Assembly: GCA_010093995.1 (NCBI GenBank)
Contig: ML992519.1
Span: forward strand, 101,519-165,518
Direction of reading: 5' to 3'
DNA from: Elsinoe ampelina
Lineage: Eukaryota
DNA: 64,000 bases
Shown: positions 24,457-36,990 of the stretch, piece after piece
Position numbering within the stretch: the stretch's first letter is position 1
How the letters are laid out: every line of letters begins with the position of its first letter
Position numbers and translations under genes: made by a program
The notes under the pieces: model-generated
Told to the model about the DNA's origin: nothing
Database searches by the model: none
Seen by the model: only the letters and a program-made list of their open reading frames with translations

Positions 24457-26722
24457 ATGTCATCTGCGCCAATTGTCGACAAACGCTTGTTGCGTGCCTG
24501 CGACTCTTGCTATAAGCGAAAGGTAGGCCAAGGTCTCCTTAATTCGTCGTCTTGCTACCGCTAGCCGCACCCTGTCTGTTCATTTCTAAGCTCACCTGCA
24601 GATCAAATGCGATGGCGTGCGTCCACGATGTGAGTGGTGTAGCTCGCACGGGATAGACTGCACCTTCTTCCGCCAACCTCGAGTGAGGAAGAAACGTGAT
24701 GTTGGCACATCAGAGTATGTTTATCCATGGAACGACGCGGCATGATCATAACCATCAGCAGACTTTCACGACTCGCCAAACTGGAAGGGCGTTTGAGAGC
24801 GCTCGAAGCTGCTGTTCAGCCCACCACCGAGTCCGGACCCGGAGATTCCCCTACCCCCGATCTTCCTCTTGACCCTTCTGTGGATCATGCCAATGCTAAT
24901 CCCGTCGACCCATTGCTCGGAGGCCAATCTATGCACATGTCGGATGAATCTCCTCGACCGTTTTCACTACTCCCCCAGCACGTCAAACCCATTTCCCAAG
25001 CTGGTCGTTCGGTCTCCAATGGTGACCGTCAACCATCCCTGGAAGGGCTCGCTAACAGTGGCTTGTTCGATGGTAGCTTGATCTCCTCGGATGCAAGTTC
25101 TCCCAACACATATTTTTCTCGCTTCAATGACTCAATAGGTGGCTTGCATTTTGCAGGCCACCATCTAGGATCATTAAGCTGCTACTATGGTATTCCAATC
25201 TTTTCCGCCGACGGCCGTGCCTGGGTTAGATCACGCACCGGGGACGATTTCGCCTTCACCCCTGATCACGTTCAATGGCTCTCGTACGAGGATGTCGATC
25301 TCACTTCGATGCTGTCCGCTGATATCTTGAACTACATGCCTGAGCGGAGTACAATCGAAGTTTACCTCAAAGCATATGCAGAATCGCCGTTGTCCTCTAT
25401 CTTCCCTATCATCGACCCAAAACACTTTGCACGGACTGTTGACGCCGCCTTTGGTCAGACTCAGCACGCAAAGTGGAGAGTGGCCGTGGCTCGCTTCAGC
25501 GTCTGCTCTTTTCTGACCTTCTTTGCCGCAATCATCGGACACGTACTCAAATTGGACGTCCCATTCGTTGACATTGACCGATTAGCGGAAACATCCTACG
25601 CATTGTTTAGTCGATGCACGAGCTTCCCGCCTACGGTCGAAGCTCTGTCGGGTACTGTGGCATTGGTTGGTAATCAGCTCCTACGCTAACTGACCATATC
25701 AACTAATCTGATCAGCATTTTTTCGAGACGGCAAGAGGCGACATGCAGAAAGTCGATAACCTCGTTTCGACTTGCGTCCGCCTGCTCTTCAACTTGGGGT
25801 TACATATGACACCCGGACTGAACGGCGAAAGAACGGATCGGAGGGACGAGCCAATGCGAAATTTGTTCTGGACTTGTTATGCAATGGACAAGGAGCATAC
25901 TTTCCGTACAGGCCGACCACCCATGATTGTCGACGAACACTGCGATCTCACTCTTCCAGTCAATTACCTGGCTGCCATGTCAAACCCAATAGCTGGAGCC
26001 CACCATTACCATACGGATCTACGATTGAGCATACTCAAAGCCAAGGCTTACAGGAGTCTGTATTCCGTTGAAGCGCAGAAGAAGACGGAAATAGATATCA
26101 TCAAGACTATTCGTGAGCTCGACGAGGAGCTGGAGCAGTGGCGTATGTCCTTGCCCACCGCCATGCGACCTTCATTGGCACATCAGGAGAAGCCTCAGTG
26201 CGAATGGAGTATGCAGCAATTGCAGTCTCTGATGCTTCGCCTGGAGTACCACTACGTCACAGCAATCGTTCATCAGGCAAGCAGCAGATGCGCTTCTTGG
26301 GCCGGTAATCATGATATCATTGCCGAAGGTATCAGTTCGAGCCTCGCCGTTTCGGTCGCAGCTTCAAGATCCACCTTGCTATCGCTCGTCAGTACGACCA
26401 CTACGTTCCCACGTCCCGTTCTCTGGTAAGGCCTGTGTGTATACTGCCAGAAACTTCCGCTTACAGGTGTCATAGGGTCCTGCTGTTCTATCCTATCTCG
26501 GCTGTTCTGACAGTCTTCTGCAGTATCCTCGACGATCCAGCATCAGTAGTCGCCCAGTCTGACGCAAAACTCCTCGAACAGGTCGCTGTAATCCTGACGC
26601 CCGACAGCACTGATCCTGCTGCTACTGATGTCAATATCAGCGCCCATATCCAGGTCGGCTTTGCCAGAGAGGTCGCTCGTTTAGCCAGGTCGGCCATTTG
26701 CAAAGCTCAGCGAGAAGGTTGA
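24457..26722 (+). CDS. Zn(II)2Cys6 transcription factor with fungal TF middle domain (Mrr1-like position); several introns
   Basis: Spliced N-terminus MSSAPIVDKRLLRACDSCYKRK|IKCDGVRPRCEWCSSHGIDCTF (intron 24523-24601), not shown in the ORF track. Later RNLFWTCYAMDKEHTFRTGRPP is a Fungal_trans motif. Confidence 0.88.
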
Positions 26723-27108
26723 GCTTGGTGCCGATCTTTCATCGCTTTCTTCTCGCAGCTCTGTTACACTAATGAACCATGACCCGACGAAACAGAAACA
26801 TTTGTATATGATAGACTTGGAATATACCAGCAACAGACATCGTTGTAGTAGACTCAGATGTCGGTCTTCATTCTATCGACCCGATTGGACAGCTTGCGCA
26901 ATCCCCCAATGGGTACAGGCGATGAATAGGACGGTCATTTGCATCCTTCCCACACTATCAGGCCGCATTATGCCGCACTCCGATATCGATCTCATGTGCG
27001 TCCGGAGATATGGAATTGTATTGATGGTCACGCCGGTTTTGCTGACACGAGCCAGCAGCTCTGTTGAGACAGATAAAGACTTGATACCTGGGCATAACCC
27101 GCAAACTA

Positions 27109-29202
27109 CTAGCTACTCATCATGAGCTCCTCTACCCAAGTTGGTACGGCAGGCTTCGCTTCCCAAGCTTTTCTCCAGGTTCCCTCCCATCGTTGTACAG
27201 CTCCCGGGATGGCAAACACAGCCGTGATAAACCAGGCCGTCTCTCCCGCCTTCAGATTTCTGACCACCATCGGCAGATTCGTCCTTGGCTCGATCAGATT
27301 GCTATTTGCATCCGCATTACAGATCTCCCCCTTCCTTGCGTTGTCAAGCAGTTCGGCAATGCCCACCACTCCGGCGCGAGATACAATCAACGACCCTGTG
27401 TCTTCTACCAATGTCCCTTCATTCTCCCCTTGACCTTCTGTCCCCATGGCTAACAAGGTCCGACCATCACTCACCCTCGTATTCGCGATCGCAAATCCTC
27501 CTTCAGCACTTTGGATATCTCGCCCCGTCACCAACTTGTGCACTCTGATATGCCAATTGGGCGTTTCATCCGTGGGTGGTACCAGCCACGTCTCCACCTT
27601 GACATCTTTCCACGGCTGCATTCTGGAGAACAACACCGGCGTCCCATCTTTCTCCACTATCTCGGCATCACTGACTTCGCGGCGCAACTTCCAGACCTCT
27701 CCGTCGTCCTCGGAGAAGGCCAATGCAGACTCGGGTACCCATTGATCCAGTGTCTGGTTCCCCGTAGGTACGCTGTACCCGAAGGAAGCCGAATAGGCAA
27801 AGTGTCCGTATTTGGCCTGAGAAGCTTTGATGGGGTAGTGGCACTTTTGGCCGGATGAGAGAAGAAAGGTGTGGCCCCCTTTATGGACCATGATATGCAG
27901 CGGATGCGGTAGTGGTTTGATTGCTGGTAGTAATCCGGACGTGAAGGGATGGGGTGCCTCCTCGCTGGTCCAGAATGGGTGTGATGCTGGGAGAGCCAAG
28001 GGCGCGAACGCAAGCATAGCCCAGTAAGGTGACCCAGGGGAATTGTAGTTCTCAGCCAGGTAATAGTTGGGGTAGGTATAGCCGATGTTGAGCATACCGT
28101 TTGGCTGGAAGATGTGCGGGTGGCGAGTCCACCACCGTAGATTACGGAGGAGAAAACCCTTTACCATTCCCCAGGTGAGAGGGGCAGGTGGCTCGACGTC
28201 GGCAAAGGCGAGTGCACCCCAGAATGCGGCTGTGGCGAAGCGGTAGGTCAGAGAGCGGCCAAAGGGAATGAGATGCCCGTCGGGGGCCATATAGTGGGCA
28301 AAATCGAGGGCGTAGAGCCGGGCACGGTGTTTGAATTCTTCTGCTCGCTCGGCGTCGTCTGGAGCAAGCTTCGCATATAAGAGTTGCAGGTACTGTATGG
28401 CGTAGCTGCCAGAATAGTAGTCCATCTGGGTGTAGCCGGCTGGGCCGTCGTTCGACCAGCCATCTCCTCGGTAAAAGGTGTTTAGGTGGACGATATCGGA
28501 ATCAAGGCGAGATTGCGAATACGTAGCACCGTTAGCTTTGAGACCCAGGTTGGCGAAGACTCGGAACCAAAGCCTGGTAGTGATCAGATATGAGTAGGGG
28601 TTCTCGACGGTATTGCTTACCAATTTGTGTTCGGCATCTCCTTGTCATTCATGCTACCGATCCAAGCAGTGACGTTCTGCTTCTGCTCCTCGCTGAGCGG
28701 ATCCCAGAAGTCTTTGCCGGCAATGGCAAGGGTGTAGCCAATCGGGCATGATTCGACCATGCGTTGATCAAGATCTTCCATGTTGCCCCAGAACTCGGGT
28801 CCATTGGGGTCGGTGCCAGATGCCAGACCCTTGACGAAGAGATGGCTCTTTTCATACTTGGAGCCACCTGCTAGCAAAGGAGCAAGACCCCATAAGGGAC
28901 GAGCATAGCCCTCGATCTGAGCAGCTGTCTCGTCGACTGGGATGTCCAGGTCAGTATAGCTTCGAAACATCTCTCTGGAAGGGTCATGCCCACAGGAACA
29001 ACATGGGAATCGACTTACATCTGGTTCCTGTTCCGCCCACTCGTACTAAAGCACAATCTGGAGAGAAGCCAGCTTCCAACGGATCGAGTAGGGCAGCACA
29101 AGCGGCGACAACATCGTCTCTCGTCTTCAAAGGATTCTGGGAGAAAGCCTGGGATGGGGATGGCTGATTTGCTTCGGACACCTTGATTGTAGGCATGGTC
29201 AT
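27109..29202 (-). CDS. DUF2264 family protein (possibly GH154-related); 2 introns
   Basis: [11 protein letters not shown]..., [64 protein letters not shown] and [11 protein letters not shown]. Confidence 0.85.
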
Positions 29203-29630
29203 TCATAAAAGATTTGACAACTGGTCGATTCACTGGTGGGCTTCACATGTTGAAGCTGAACATTCTTATGTCCATAGCTGTTGTGGAAAGCGGTTGCTTT
29301 GCTGCCTGTAGATTGGTCTGATGGCCAATTTAGCCAGGACTTTTTCCGGTGGGGTGAATATCTCTAGCTTAAGTTACCCCTCCCGTTCGAAACCCGGGTC
29401 GGATGGTGATACATACTGTACCAAGACGGAAAATCTTTGCGTGGTCTCATTTTCAAAGACCGAAAGACTAATAACTTTGGACTCTTGCAACTTTTGACAT
29501 AGGCAGCATCTGTATAGCCGGAAATACCTGCTCATAGATACTGGCGGCTTTTCAACAGAATAGGGGAGAGACCCTGTCAGTACCTGTAAATGATCCGGGA
29601 TTGCCTACAAAATAGTAAACTCGAGATCTT

Positions 29631-30386
29631 TTAGATCTCTACATTCTCGCCATCTATCCACTGCTTGATCTGTCGGTAAAGCATATCATGCTTCTCCCCG
29701 TTGATGGTCGTTCCTGCTTCACGGCGATGGCTGGGCAAGTCGTACACGCACTTGATACCAAGGACGGTCTCCTCGCAATATGCCAGATATCTATAGCCGT
29801 ACGGATACTGCATTGCCTTTTCATGATCGACCTTTGGGATGCGATTTGGGTCGACCGGGATAAGCTTGTCCTTCTCATAGAAATGCCGGACATAGTTGGC
29901 TCCCCAGTTGCCCTGTTCGTTTTTGGTCCAGAAGAAGACGAATCGACAGTCAGACTCTGCGTCAGCCTCGCATCCGTCAATATCAAAGCGCTGAGTGATG
30001 GTGGCCTTCATCTTTGTCACTGCCCTTGTCGCATCCGCGTCGATATCCGTGGTAGTACCATGTACACGGTGGTGAACAAACATGCCATTGTCCATTCCAT
30101 CTTTGCTGCGCTGAATGAAATCGAGGTACGGTGTACGGCCCGTCCAGCATGTGTAGATATATGCACCTGGATGAAAAATGGATTTTAGATTCTCCCATTC
30201 ACAAGAGTCTCTGACCATTGATCAGCGGTGAGCTTGTTGGTTTCATGTGATAAATGACCTATAACACGGCCATCCTTCCGCCAACTCTCTCAACTTGTAC
30301 CTTTCCAAGGCGAGGTTGTCGGGGCCATTATTTCGAACGGCATTGTCAGGCCGCGTCCCAGCTGGCAGAGAGTGCAAGTCAACCAT
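29631..30386 (-). CDS. PEP2 (pea pathogenicity protein 2)-like SnoaL/NTF2-fold protein; 1 intron
   Basis: Exon 1 (missed by the ORF track) [43 protein letters not shown] joins via an intron (about 30211-30258) to DSCEWENL...[14 protein letters not shown]...ESDCRF.FF...YEKDK...[11 protein letters not shown]. Confidence 0.8.
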
Positions 30387-31781
30387 GGAACGTCAGACGA
30401 GACCCGATAATGATATTCTCGTTCTTATTTTCTGCGCCGTGAGAGCTTGAAGCTCAAGAAGTGTGCAAGACGGCTTCTCCAAGGACATTCCGTCCCCCCA
30501 ATGCCTCCTCCACCTGCCCCGCCGCCACCCCGCTATCGAAGTGCTTCACAGAGCTCTTTGACCATGATGATCCGAATCGGCAAAAGCTGGATAGATTGCG
30601 GTCTAAAGCCTGGAGCATGAATGGTTGGCTTACTGGAAAAGCCATGTTCGAAGACAATCTATCTGTCACGAACGATTTCGCGGATGGAGTAGCCTGTTCG
30701 CCACATTCAGTGCAGACGATACTGTCGATCTTCTGGGTTCCGCTATGCTCTCAGTGCCTTTATGACACTGGAAATTCAAGGGCGCTGCTGTATGGAAGCG
30801 AAAGATGCTCGATCCTGAACACCAGCAACGAGTCGCCAACATGATGCGGAAGCTATGGTGTACTCAGGTTGCTGTGGCCAGCTCATTGGACATTGAATAC
30901 CGCCGACCAGTCCACTTCTGCATGATGTAAGTCGGCTTGGTTTCGCTCTCGATACTCCAATCCGCAGACTGTGGATGTAAGCGACCAAGTCTGTACACGG
31001 GTCTTCGATGAGAGACTTGGTTGTCATGGCGAATATAAAGGCTTCCTCGGTCACAGATCTGTAGCACCTCCCAAGCGAGAGGCATCTTCAGTCCACCAAC
31101 TTATGCCAGGGCTCACAACAAAGGTAGGCTGTTAGCCACTGCTCGAAGGCATGGTGCCCAGCCTGCAAATTCCTGAAGGTCAGTGATGCATGGCTCGACG
31201 CAGCAAGCTGGACACTCCAATTGAGTGTGATCTTCCGGAAGCAGACGACAACTTACACCCTGACCAGAGATGTGTGCCATGGTTTGTGGGAATGTGCGTC
31301 CCGTCTTCACAGGATGCTTAGAATTGGAAGGGTCCTAATTGACCTGGTAGGAAATATTATTCGATCTCCGCCCTGTTGCAGTATTAATGCATCATCTGTG
31401 GAATGAACATGGTTTTCTGACAGAGAGTCTATGCCGCCGATTTGCGATTCACCTTTGTGCATTTCCATGGTGACTCATGCTGGCAAAAGTTTGAGTCCTC
31501 TGTAACACTATCTTAGCTGAGTATCAACTTGCAACACCTACAACTCCGTCAACACGGTTGCTGTAAGCCTCAAATCAGCCTGACACCTAATTCCGGTAGT
31601 CATTAGCCACGTCTGTAACTACTAGGTCTCTCGATCAACTTCTCGTGTCGTAATAGCTATTTGCAATAAGCTACACATTCCGGACTACAGAACAGGGACG
31701 CAAACTTTCGCGAGAGGAGAGGAGGTCTTAACCTCGATCACTTATCTTCTACTGTATGATCCATCATCTTGATTGGAATCC

Positions 31782-33221
31782 ATGGCAAGCCCACGAGACA
31801 TTACCATCCTTCCCTCGCCGGCCACTCTTTCTAGCTCCTCCGCCTCCATTCACCGTTCCCTGCCTGCCACCGGTCTCGGTCATGAAGTCACCATCTCACA
31901 CCTCAATGAAAGCATCGTTCCTGGCCTGAATCAGAGCTCCCGTTCCTCCCGCTATTATGGTTTCGTGACAGGCGGCTGCACTCCCTCTGCACTAGCAGCA
32001 GATCACATCGTGTCAGAGTACGACCAGAATGTCTCCGTCCACCTACCCAACGAGAGCATCACGACCGAAGTCGAAGATGCAGCACTGCGGATGCTCATTG
32101 AACTACTAGATCTTGGTGAGGGATGGGGGCATAGGATCTTCACTACTGGTGCGACGGCGAGTAACATCCTTGGCTTGGCCTGTGGGAGGGAGGCAGTGGT
32201 CAAATGGGCTGGGGAGAAGGAAGGTGTAGAGGCTAGTGTGGCGAAGCATGGCATTGTAGGAGCTATGAAGAGGGCCGGGATGGGGGAGCTGATGGTATTG
32301 ACATGCGATGAGCACAGTAGTCTGCGGAAGGCATGCAGCGTAGTCGGTCTCGGACATGATGCTGTTGTGGACGTCGGCAGGGCGGGAAGTGCCAGCGGGT
32401 TTGACTTTGACAAGCTGGAGCAGGAATTGTCGGTCGCTGGTAGGAAGAGTATCATTGCTGTCAGCTGTGCGGAAGTCAACACTGGATTATTTGCCACTCG
32501 TGGTAAGGAGGATATGGAGAGGATCAGGCGTCTGGCCGACGAGCATGGGGCCTGGGTGCACGTGGATGCAGCCTTCGGACTGATGGCGCGAGTCTTGGAT
32601 AATGACGAGGAGTTTGCTGAGATCAAGAAGGGGATTGAGGGGATGGAATTGGCAGACTCCATCACGGGGGACGGTCACAAGCTTCTCAATGTGCCTTACG
32701 ATTGCGGCTTCTTCTTCTCGAAACATCTCGGGGTTGGCGAGCAAGTATTTCAGAACCCGGGAGCTCCGTACCTGTCTACATCAGCAGCTTCGATACCATC
32801 ACCATTGAGCATTGGACTGGAAAACTCAAGGAGATTCAGAGCACTACCAGTCTATGCTAATCTCGTCTGTTTCGGCAAGGAAGGCTTTCGAGAGATGCTT
32901 GCAAGACAAATTCGTTTCTCGAGGCGGATTGCTCGGTACATGATGGATAGCAAGGCATTTGAGCTGCTTCCGCCCACCGAACAACTTGATGCGGATCCGA
33001 TATCACTGACGTACATGATCGTGCTCTTCAGAGCCAAGGACGAGGCGATTAACGGTGATTTGATCAAGCGGATCAACGACCAAAGGAAGATTTACTGCTC
33101 CGGTACCAAATGGGGAGGTAAGCCAGCTGTTAGATTTGCCGTATCCAACCACCAGGTGGACATTGAGAAGGACTGGCCGGTAGTGAAAGAAGTGCTTGAT
33201 TCAGCGATCTTGAACAAATGA
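31782..33221 (+). CDS. Group II PLP-dependent decarboxylase (aromatic amino-acid decarboxylase-like)
   Basis: RYYGFVTGG, FTTGATASN, WVHVDAAFG, DSITGDGHKLLNVPYDCG (PLP lysine) and ENSRRFRALP. No introns seen. Confidence 0.88.
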   Translation: MASPRDITILPSPATLSSSSASIHRSLPATGLGHEVTISHLNESIVPGLNQSSRSSRYYGFVTGGCTPSALAADHIVSEYDQNVSVHLPNESITTEVEDAALRMLIELLDLGEGWGHRIFTTGATASNILGLACGREAVVKWAGEKEGVEASVAKHGIVGAMKRAGMGELMVLTCDEHSSLRKACSVVGLGHDAVVDVGRAGSASGFDFDKLEQELSVAGRKSIIAVSCAEVNTGLFATRGKEDMERIRRLADEHGAWVHVDAAFGLMARVLDNDEEFAEIKKGIEGMELADSITGDGHKLLNVPYDCGFFFSKHLGVGEQVFQNPGAPYLSTSAASIPSPLSIGLENSRRFRALPVYANLVCFGKEGFREMLARQIRFSRRIARYMMDSKAFELLPPTEQLDADPISLTYMIVLFRAKDEAINGDLIKRINDQRKIYCSGTKWGGKPAVRFAVSNHQVDIEKDWPVVKEVLDSAILNK

Positions 33222-33469
33222 GTACCATAGCTGGGTATTATTTTGCCGGCCGTAAATGCATAAATGAGCAACTGATATCCCTCCTCACGCCCTCCATGTG
33301 TGCGCGTGAATAGCTCTCCTGCGACTTGGGCGATGTTCCTCCACAACACTGCCTTCTTCATCGTAGTACTCTGTCTCTCGGAATCGACGAGACTCGACAT
33401 TTCCATAACACTGATCAAAATTCAGTCAATCTCAAAAAAATTACAAGCCCGGCTCAGAAGTCCAGGAGA

Positions 33470-34075
33470 TCATTCATATTGTTTGTTGTTTACCTGACTC
33501 GCAAGAAAAATCAACCAGATGAGGAAGACGACGCCGACGATCCAGAAAGCGAAGACGGCCTGCCACGATTGGCATATGCTTCGTTGCTGCAGAAAGGCAA
33601 ACGTGGCGAGGGTGACTCCTCTTGAGGGTTGATTGATGACAAAGGTTTGGCAATTCCCGTTGACGTTGCTCTGGTGAGGGTTAGCCGCATGGCTCAAAAG
33701 ACCAAAGGAGATACTCACCCCGCTGCCAAACAATTGTAGAGCCGTCTCAATGAGCCCGGCGAGATATAATACCAGTAGGATGAAGCCGCCTAACATGACC
33801 AGACCAGGTAGGAGTTTGCGCTGAGTGATCATGGCTTCCATGACGAAGAGGAAGATGATTGTGAGGGCGCCTACCGTGATGCCGTACGGGAAGATCCATG
33901 GTATGCCGAGTTGAAGTTGTTGTTGAGCTATGAGGAACGCGGCAAAGACTCCAATGATGGTGCCCCCCGTCGCATACATGACGAAGCGCCATCCGAGCAA
34001 TTGTTGCGTTGGCCAGATATACTGGACCGTCTGTGTGGTATAGTAGCGAGTAGATCGCGAAACACTGCGCGCCAT
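33470..34075 (-). CDS. Four-TM MARVEL-like membrane protein; 1 in-frame intron
   Basis: Four hydrophobic segments; intron GTGAGT..CTAAC..CAG at about 33672-33718; NVNGNCQ...ICQSWQAVFAFW pattern. Confidence 0.72.
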   Translation of the reverse strand: MARSVSRSTRYYTTQTVQYIWPTQQLLGWRFVMYATGGTIIGVFAAFLIAQQQLQLGIPWIFPYGITVGALTIIFLFVMEAMITQRKLLPGLVMLGGFILLVLYLAGLIETALQLFGSGVSISFGLLSHAANPHQSNVNGNCQTFVINQPSRGVTLATFAFLQQRSICQSWQAVFAFWIVGVVFLIWLIFLASQVNNKQYE

Positions 34076-35440
34076 CTTGTGGTCGGCGGTTACGGATGAG
34101 TCGGTTGAGGAAGCTATGATGGCGGTTTCGGACCGTTTGTCGGAGTCAAGGCCGGGCGGTGACGATAGGACGCGCGATTCGACAGGTTGTAGTGGTATGG
34201 GAAGTGGTATTTTGCGCTGAAGGCGCTTCGGCACAAGGCGTCAACCAGAGGAGGTATCGTCGTTAAGCGTGACCGCTTCTTGCAGCACGATTGTCGCGAC
34301 TGTGTATCCCAGCTCTTGCGGTCGATGCGATCTCTGATTATCGCAGGATTGACGATGCAACGGCGGAGTGGCCGTTGATATGTGAGACGAAGATGTTCTA
34401 CTGTATCCAAATGTTGTTGTCGGTCTCGGAAGTGGTTGCCCCGCGCCCGACCACAGATTACCCAATTCGGAAAGTGCCTGATTTTCCTGTGCGGCGGCGG
34501 ATTCGATGCTGGGATTGGATATCAGATTGATGTGCAGAAATAATTCGATCGAGTTCGACAAGGATATAGTGCTGTACAACTGAGTGTATGAGAGCGAATC
34601 AACATCGGAGACACAAACATTGATGATGCGCCAGGTCTTCTACCAAGCCCCACTCGAGGCATGGCTGGGTGACCAACCACCGATGATCTCACCCTTTCAG
34701 TTTGCTCTCATCATCAACACTCCGCTCTTTGGCAAAATGGTGAACATGTGTACACTGTACAACGAGCACAATGCACGGGCTTACAAGATATCCGTTCAAT
34801 GACCGCTACTCGGATCGCCGTGATCCGCATCCAGCATGCCTCATGGCCTAGTCATCTCGGTCCTTTTCACTGTCTTGCTTTCCTCTCTTTCCAGTCTCAC
34901 ACCACATCTACTACCAGTATTTCTGTCATCTTCACGGTACAACATCTGGTATCGCATCTTCTACAGTCGCTGGCGAGTACAGTACATGGAAAATCAGACA
35001 CCAAGAATAGACTCACGGTGGCTGTCTTGGTCTGTGTCAGATCTCGGCTCGAGACAAAAGACTGTCGAGCTCTGATCCGCCGGGCCATCAACGGCTGGCA
35101 GCTACTCCCGACACAAGCTTGAGACAAGGCAACTCATGCCGTTGGTGATGGTGTGGCCTCGCCTCGTCCTTCTCCCATTTCTGTCTTGACTAGCTCCTCG
35201 AGAGCCACAGCAAGGGTTCGCCAGGTCCGACGTGCAGCTAACGGCTGATCTTGCCCATCATCGCCTATCCGTTCGGTCGATCTTCATGATCCCTGGCTCC
35301 GCCCTGTTTCTTCTTCTTCTGTCTTGTCCCACTACCTGCCGTCTTTGTCGCCGCGCCTATTCTTCACTTTTATTGAAGGTGTACAGGTCCTCTTCTTTGC
35401 CATGCGTCCATGATCGAAAAGGTTGCTCGCAGCATCCGCC

Positions 35441-36538
35441 ATGCCTGTCTCCGTACAGCATCTCAACGCTGACACAACCTTTCTGATAACCTGCATATCG
35501 GAAACGTCATTCTCGGGTCATGGGGTTGAGCGACCGCACAAGTTCACCATTCTGGTCGATCCATGGTTAGCTGGCTCTTCTTCGATATGGATGCCCAGGT
35601 TCCAGATCAGCCATCATACATCGGATCCGCACATCACTTCTCTTCAACATCTGCCCCTACCGGACATCATTCTTATATCACAAGACAAGCCGGACCACTG
35701 TCACGAGGAGACATTGCGGACACTTCCTGCTGATACCGTCGTTCACATTGTAGCTGTCCCGGCCGCTGCGAAGAAGATCAAGTCGTGGCGCTATTTCACC
35801 AATGCCACTATCTCCGTCATCAATCCGTACCGAGTTCGAAACCCAGAGACCGTCCTCCGCATTCCTCTTCACCCCAAGGACGTGCATGGCGTCCCTGGAG
35901 AGGTGACTCTGTCGTACATCCCTCAGTCTTACGACATGACCAACCTTCACAACGCTGTGGGCATTACCTATTCCCCACCGTCTTCACAACCCCTAGACGG
36001 ATATGGCAAACCGATCACTCTACCCATCTCACCACCAATGACGCCTGTTCTTTCTCGCACGGACTCGGATCCTCAGACTCGCGAGCCGATTGTAGCTTCT
36101 AACATCTTCCCTGCGTCAGTCAATCCGCCGGTGTCGATCCTCTATACTCCCCACGGAATCGGACTGCCATGTATCACACCATACATCAACAACTTTCTTG
36201 CCCCTCTGAATGCGTTACCTCTTACACTTCTCTTCCACGCGATCAACGTGGAACAGAATCCCTGGTTCCTTGGTGGTCTTGTTGCAACAGGTCTGCCAGG
36301 TGGGATGGAATTGGTGAAAAGATTCGGAGCAAAGTATTGGATCTCGGCACATGATGAGGCCAAGGACAATCGAGGCTGGGCTACACTCATGATCAAGAGT
36401 ACGCAATATACCATGGAAGAAGCTCAAATTCTTTGTGATGACGAAGTGGAAAGGTATGAGGAGAGTCAGGGTCGGAATGGAGAAGGCGTCGGCCCTCGCC
36501 TTGTCAGTTTGGGTGTCGGGCAAGAGATGTATGTGTAA
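35441..36538 (+). CDS. Conserved fungal metallo-beta-lactamase-fold-like protein
   Basis: VQHLNADTTFL, ILVDPWL, ISQDKPDHCHEETL, YTPHG and WISAHDE. Confidence 0.7.
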   Translation: MPVSVQHLNADTTFLITCISETSFSGHGVERPHKFTILVDPWLAGSSSIWMPRFQISHHTSDPHITSLQHLPLPDIILISQDKPDHCHEETLRTLPADTVVHIVAVPAAAKKIKSWRYFTNATISVINPYRVRNPETVLRIPLHPKDVHGVPGEVTLSYIPQSYDMTNLHNAVGITYSPPSSQPLDGYGKPITLPISPPMTPVLSRTDSDPQTREPIVASNIFPASVNPPVSILYTPHGIGLPCITPYINNFLAPLNALPLTLLFHAINVEQNPWFLGGLVATGLPGGMELVKRFGAKYWISAHDEAKDNRGWATLMIKSTQYTMEEAQILCDDEVERYEESQGRNGEGVGPRLVSLGVGQEMYV

Positions 36539-36990
36539 GAATAGTCGGTAGCCAGGTCTTTGGTCGAAAAGCAGGATCAGAAGTAACGAGGATACCCCTG
36601 TAGCATTTCAGCGTCATTGCCCAATTGGGCACATAGCATTAGCATAGCACCATTACGAACTCACGAGAACGGAAATGTATTTCATCGACTGCCAGTATTT
36701 CCGCTGAGCTTCTGTAATGTCATTGTAGTGTGATACATGTTCGTCCGTTGTGAAGGTCGAAGCAGTATGATTACTAAATTGTGATGGTCCTCCAAGCATG
36801 TGAAAGGCTTCAGCTCCGAAGCCGAGGACGCCTATCCTTGGCCAATATTTGACATCGTCAGTTCTTCTAATCTTTTCGCATTCCTGATTATTCTCATCAT
36901 TGTCGATTATTCTTTGCCATTCTACTGGGTCGATAGATTGTTGGAGGGTCTACAGTCTTTACCGAACCGAATAGACGACAACCGCACATC

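Noticed and set aside
30450..31400. Coding-like fragments and a possible GTAAGT..CAG intron between PEP2 and the decarboxylase
   Set aside because: May be a decayed gene, but no family could be recognised by eye; a BLASTx search would be needed.
34584..35420. Several short ORFs upstream of the MBL-fold gene
   Set aside because: No motifs; consistent with divergent promoter or UTR sequence.
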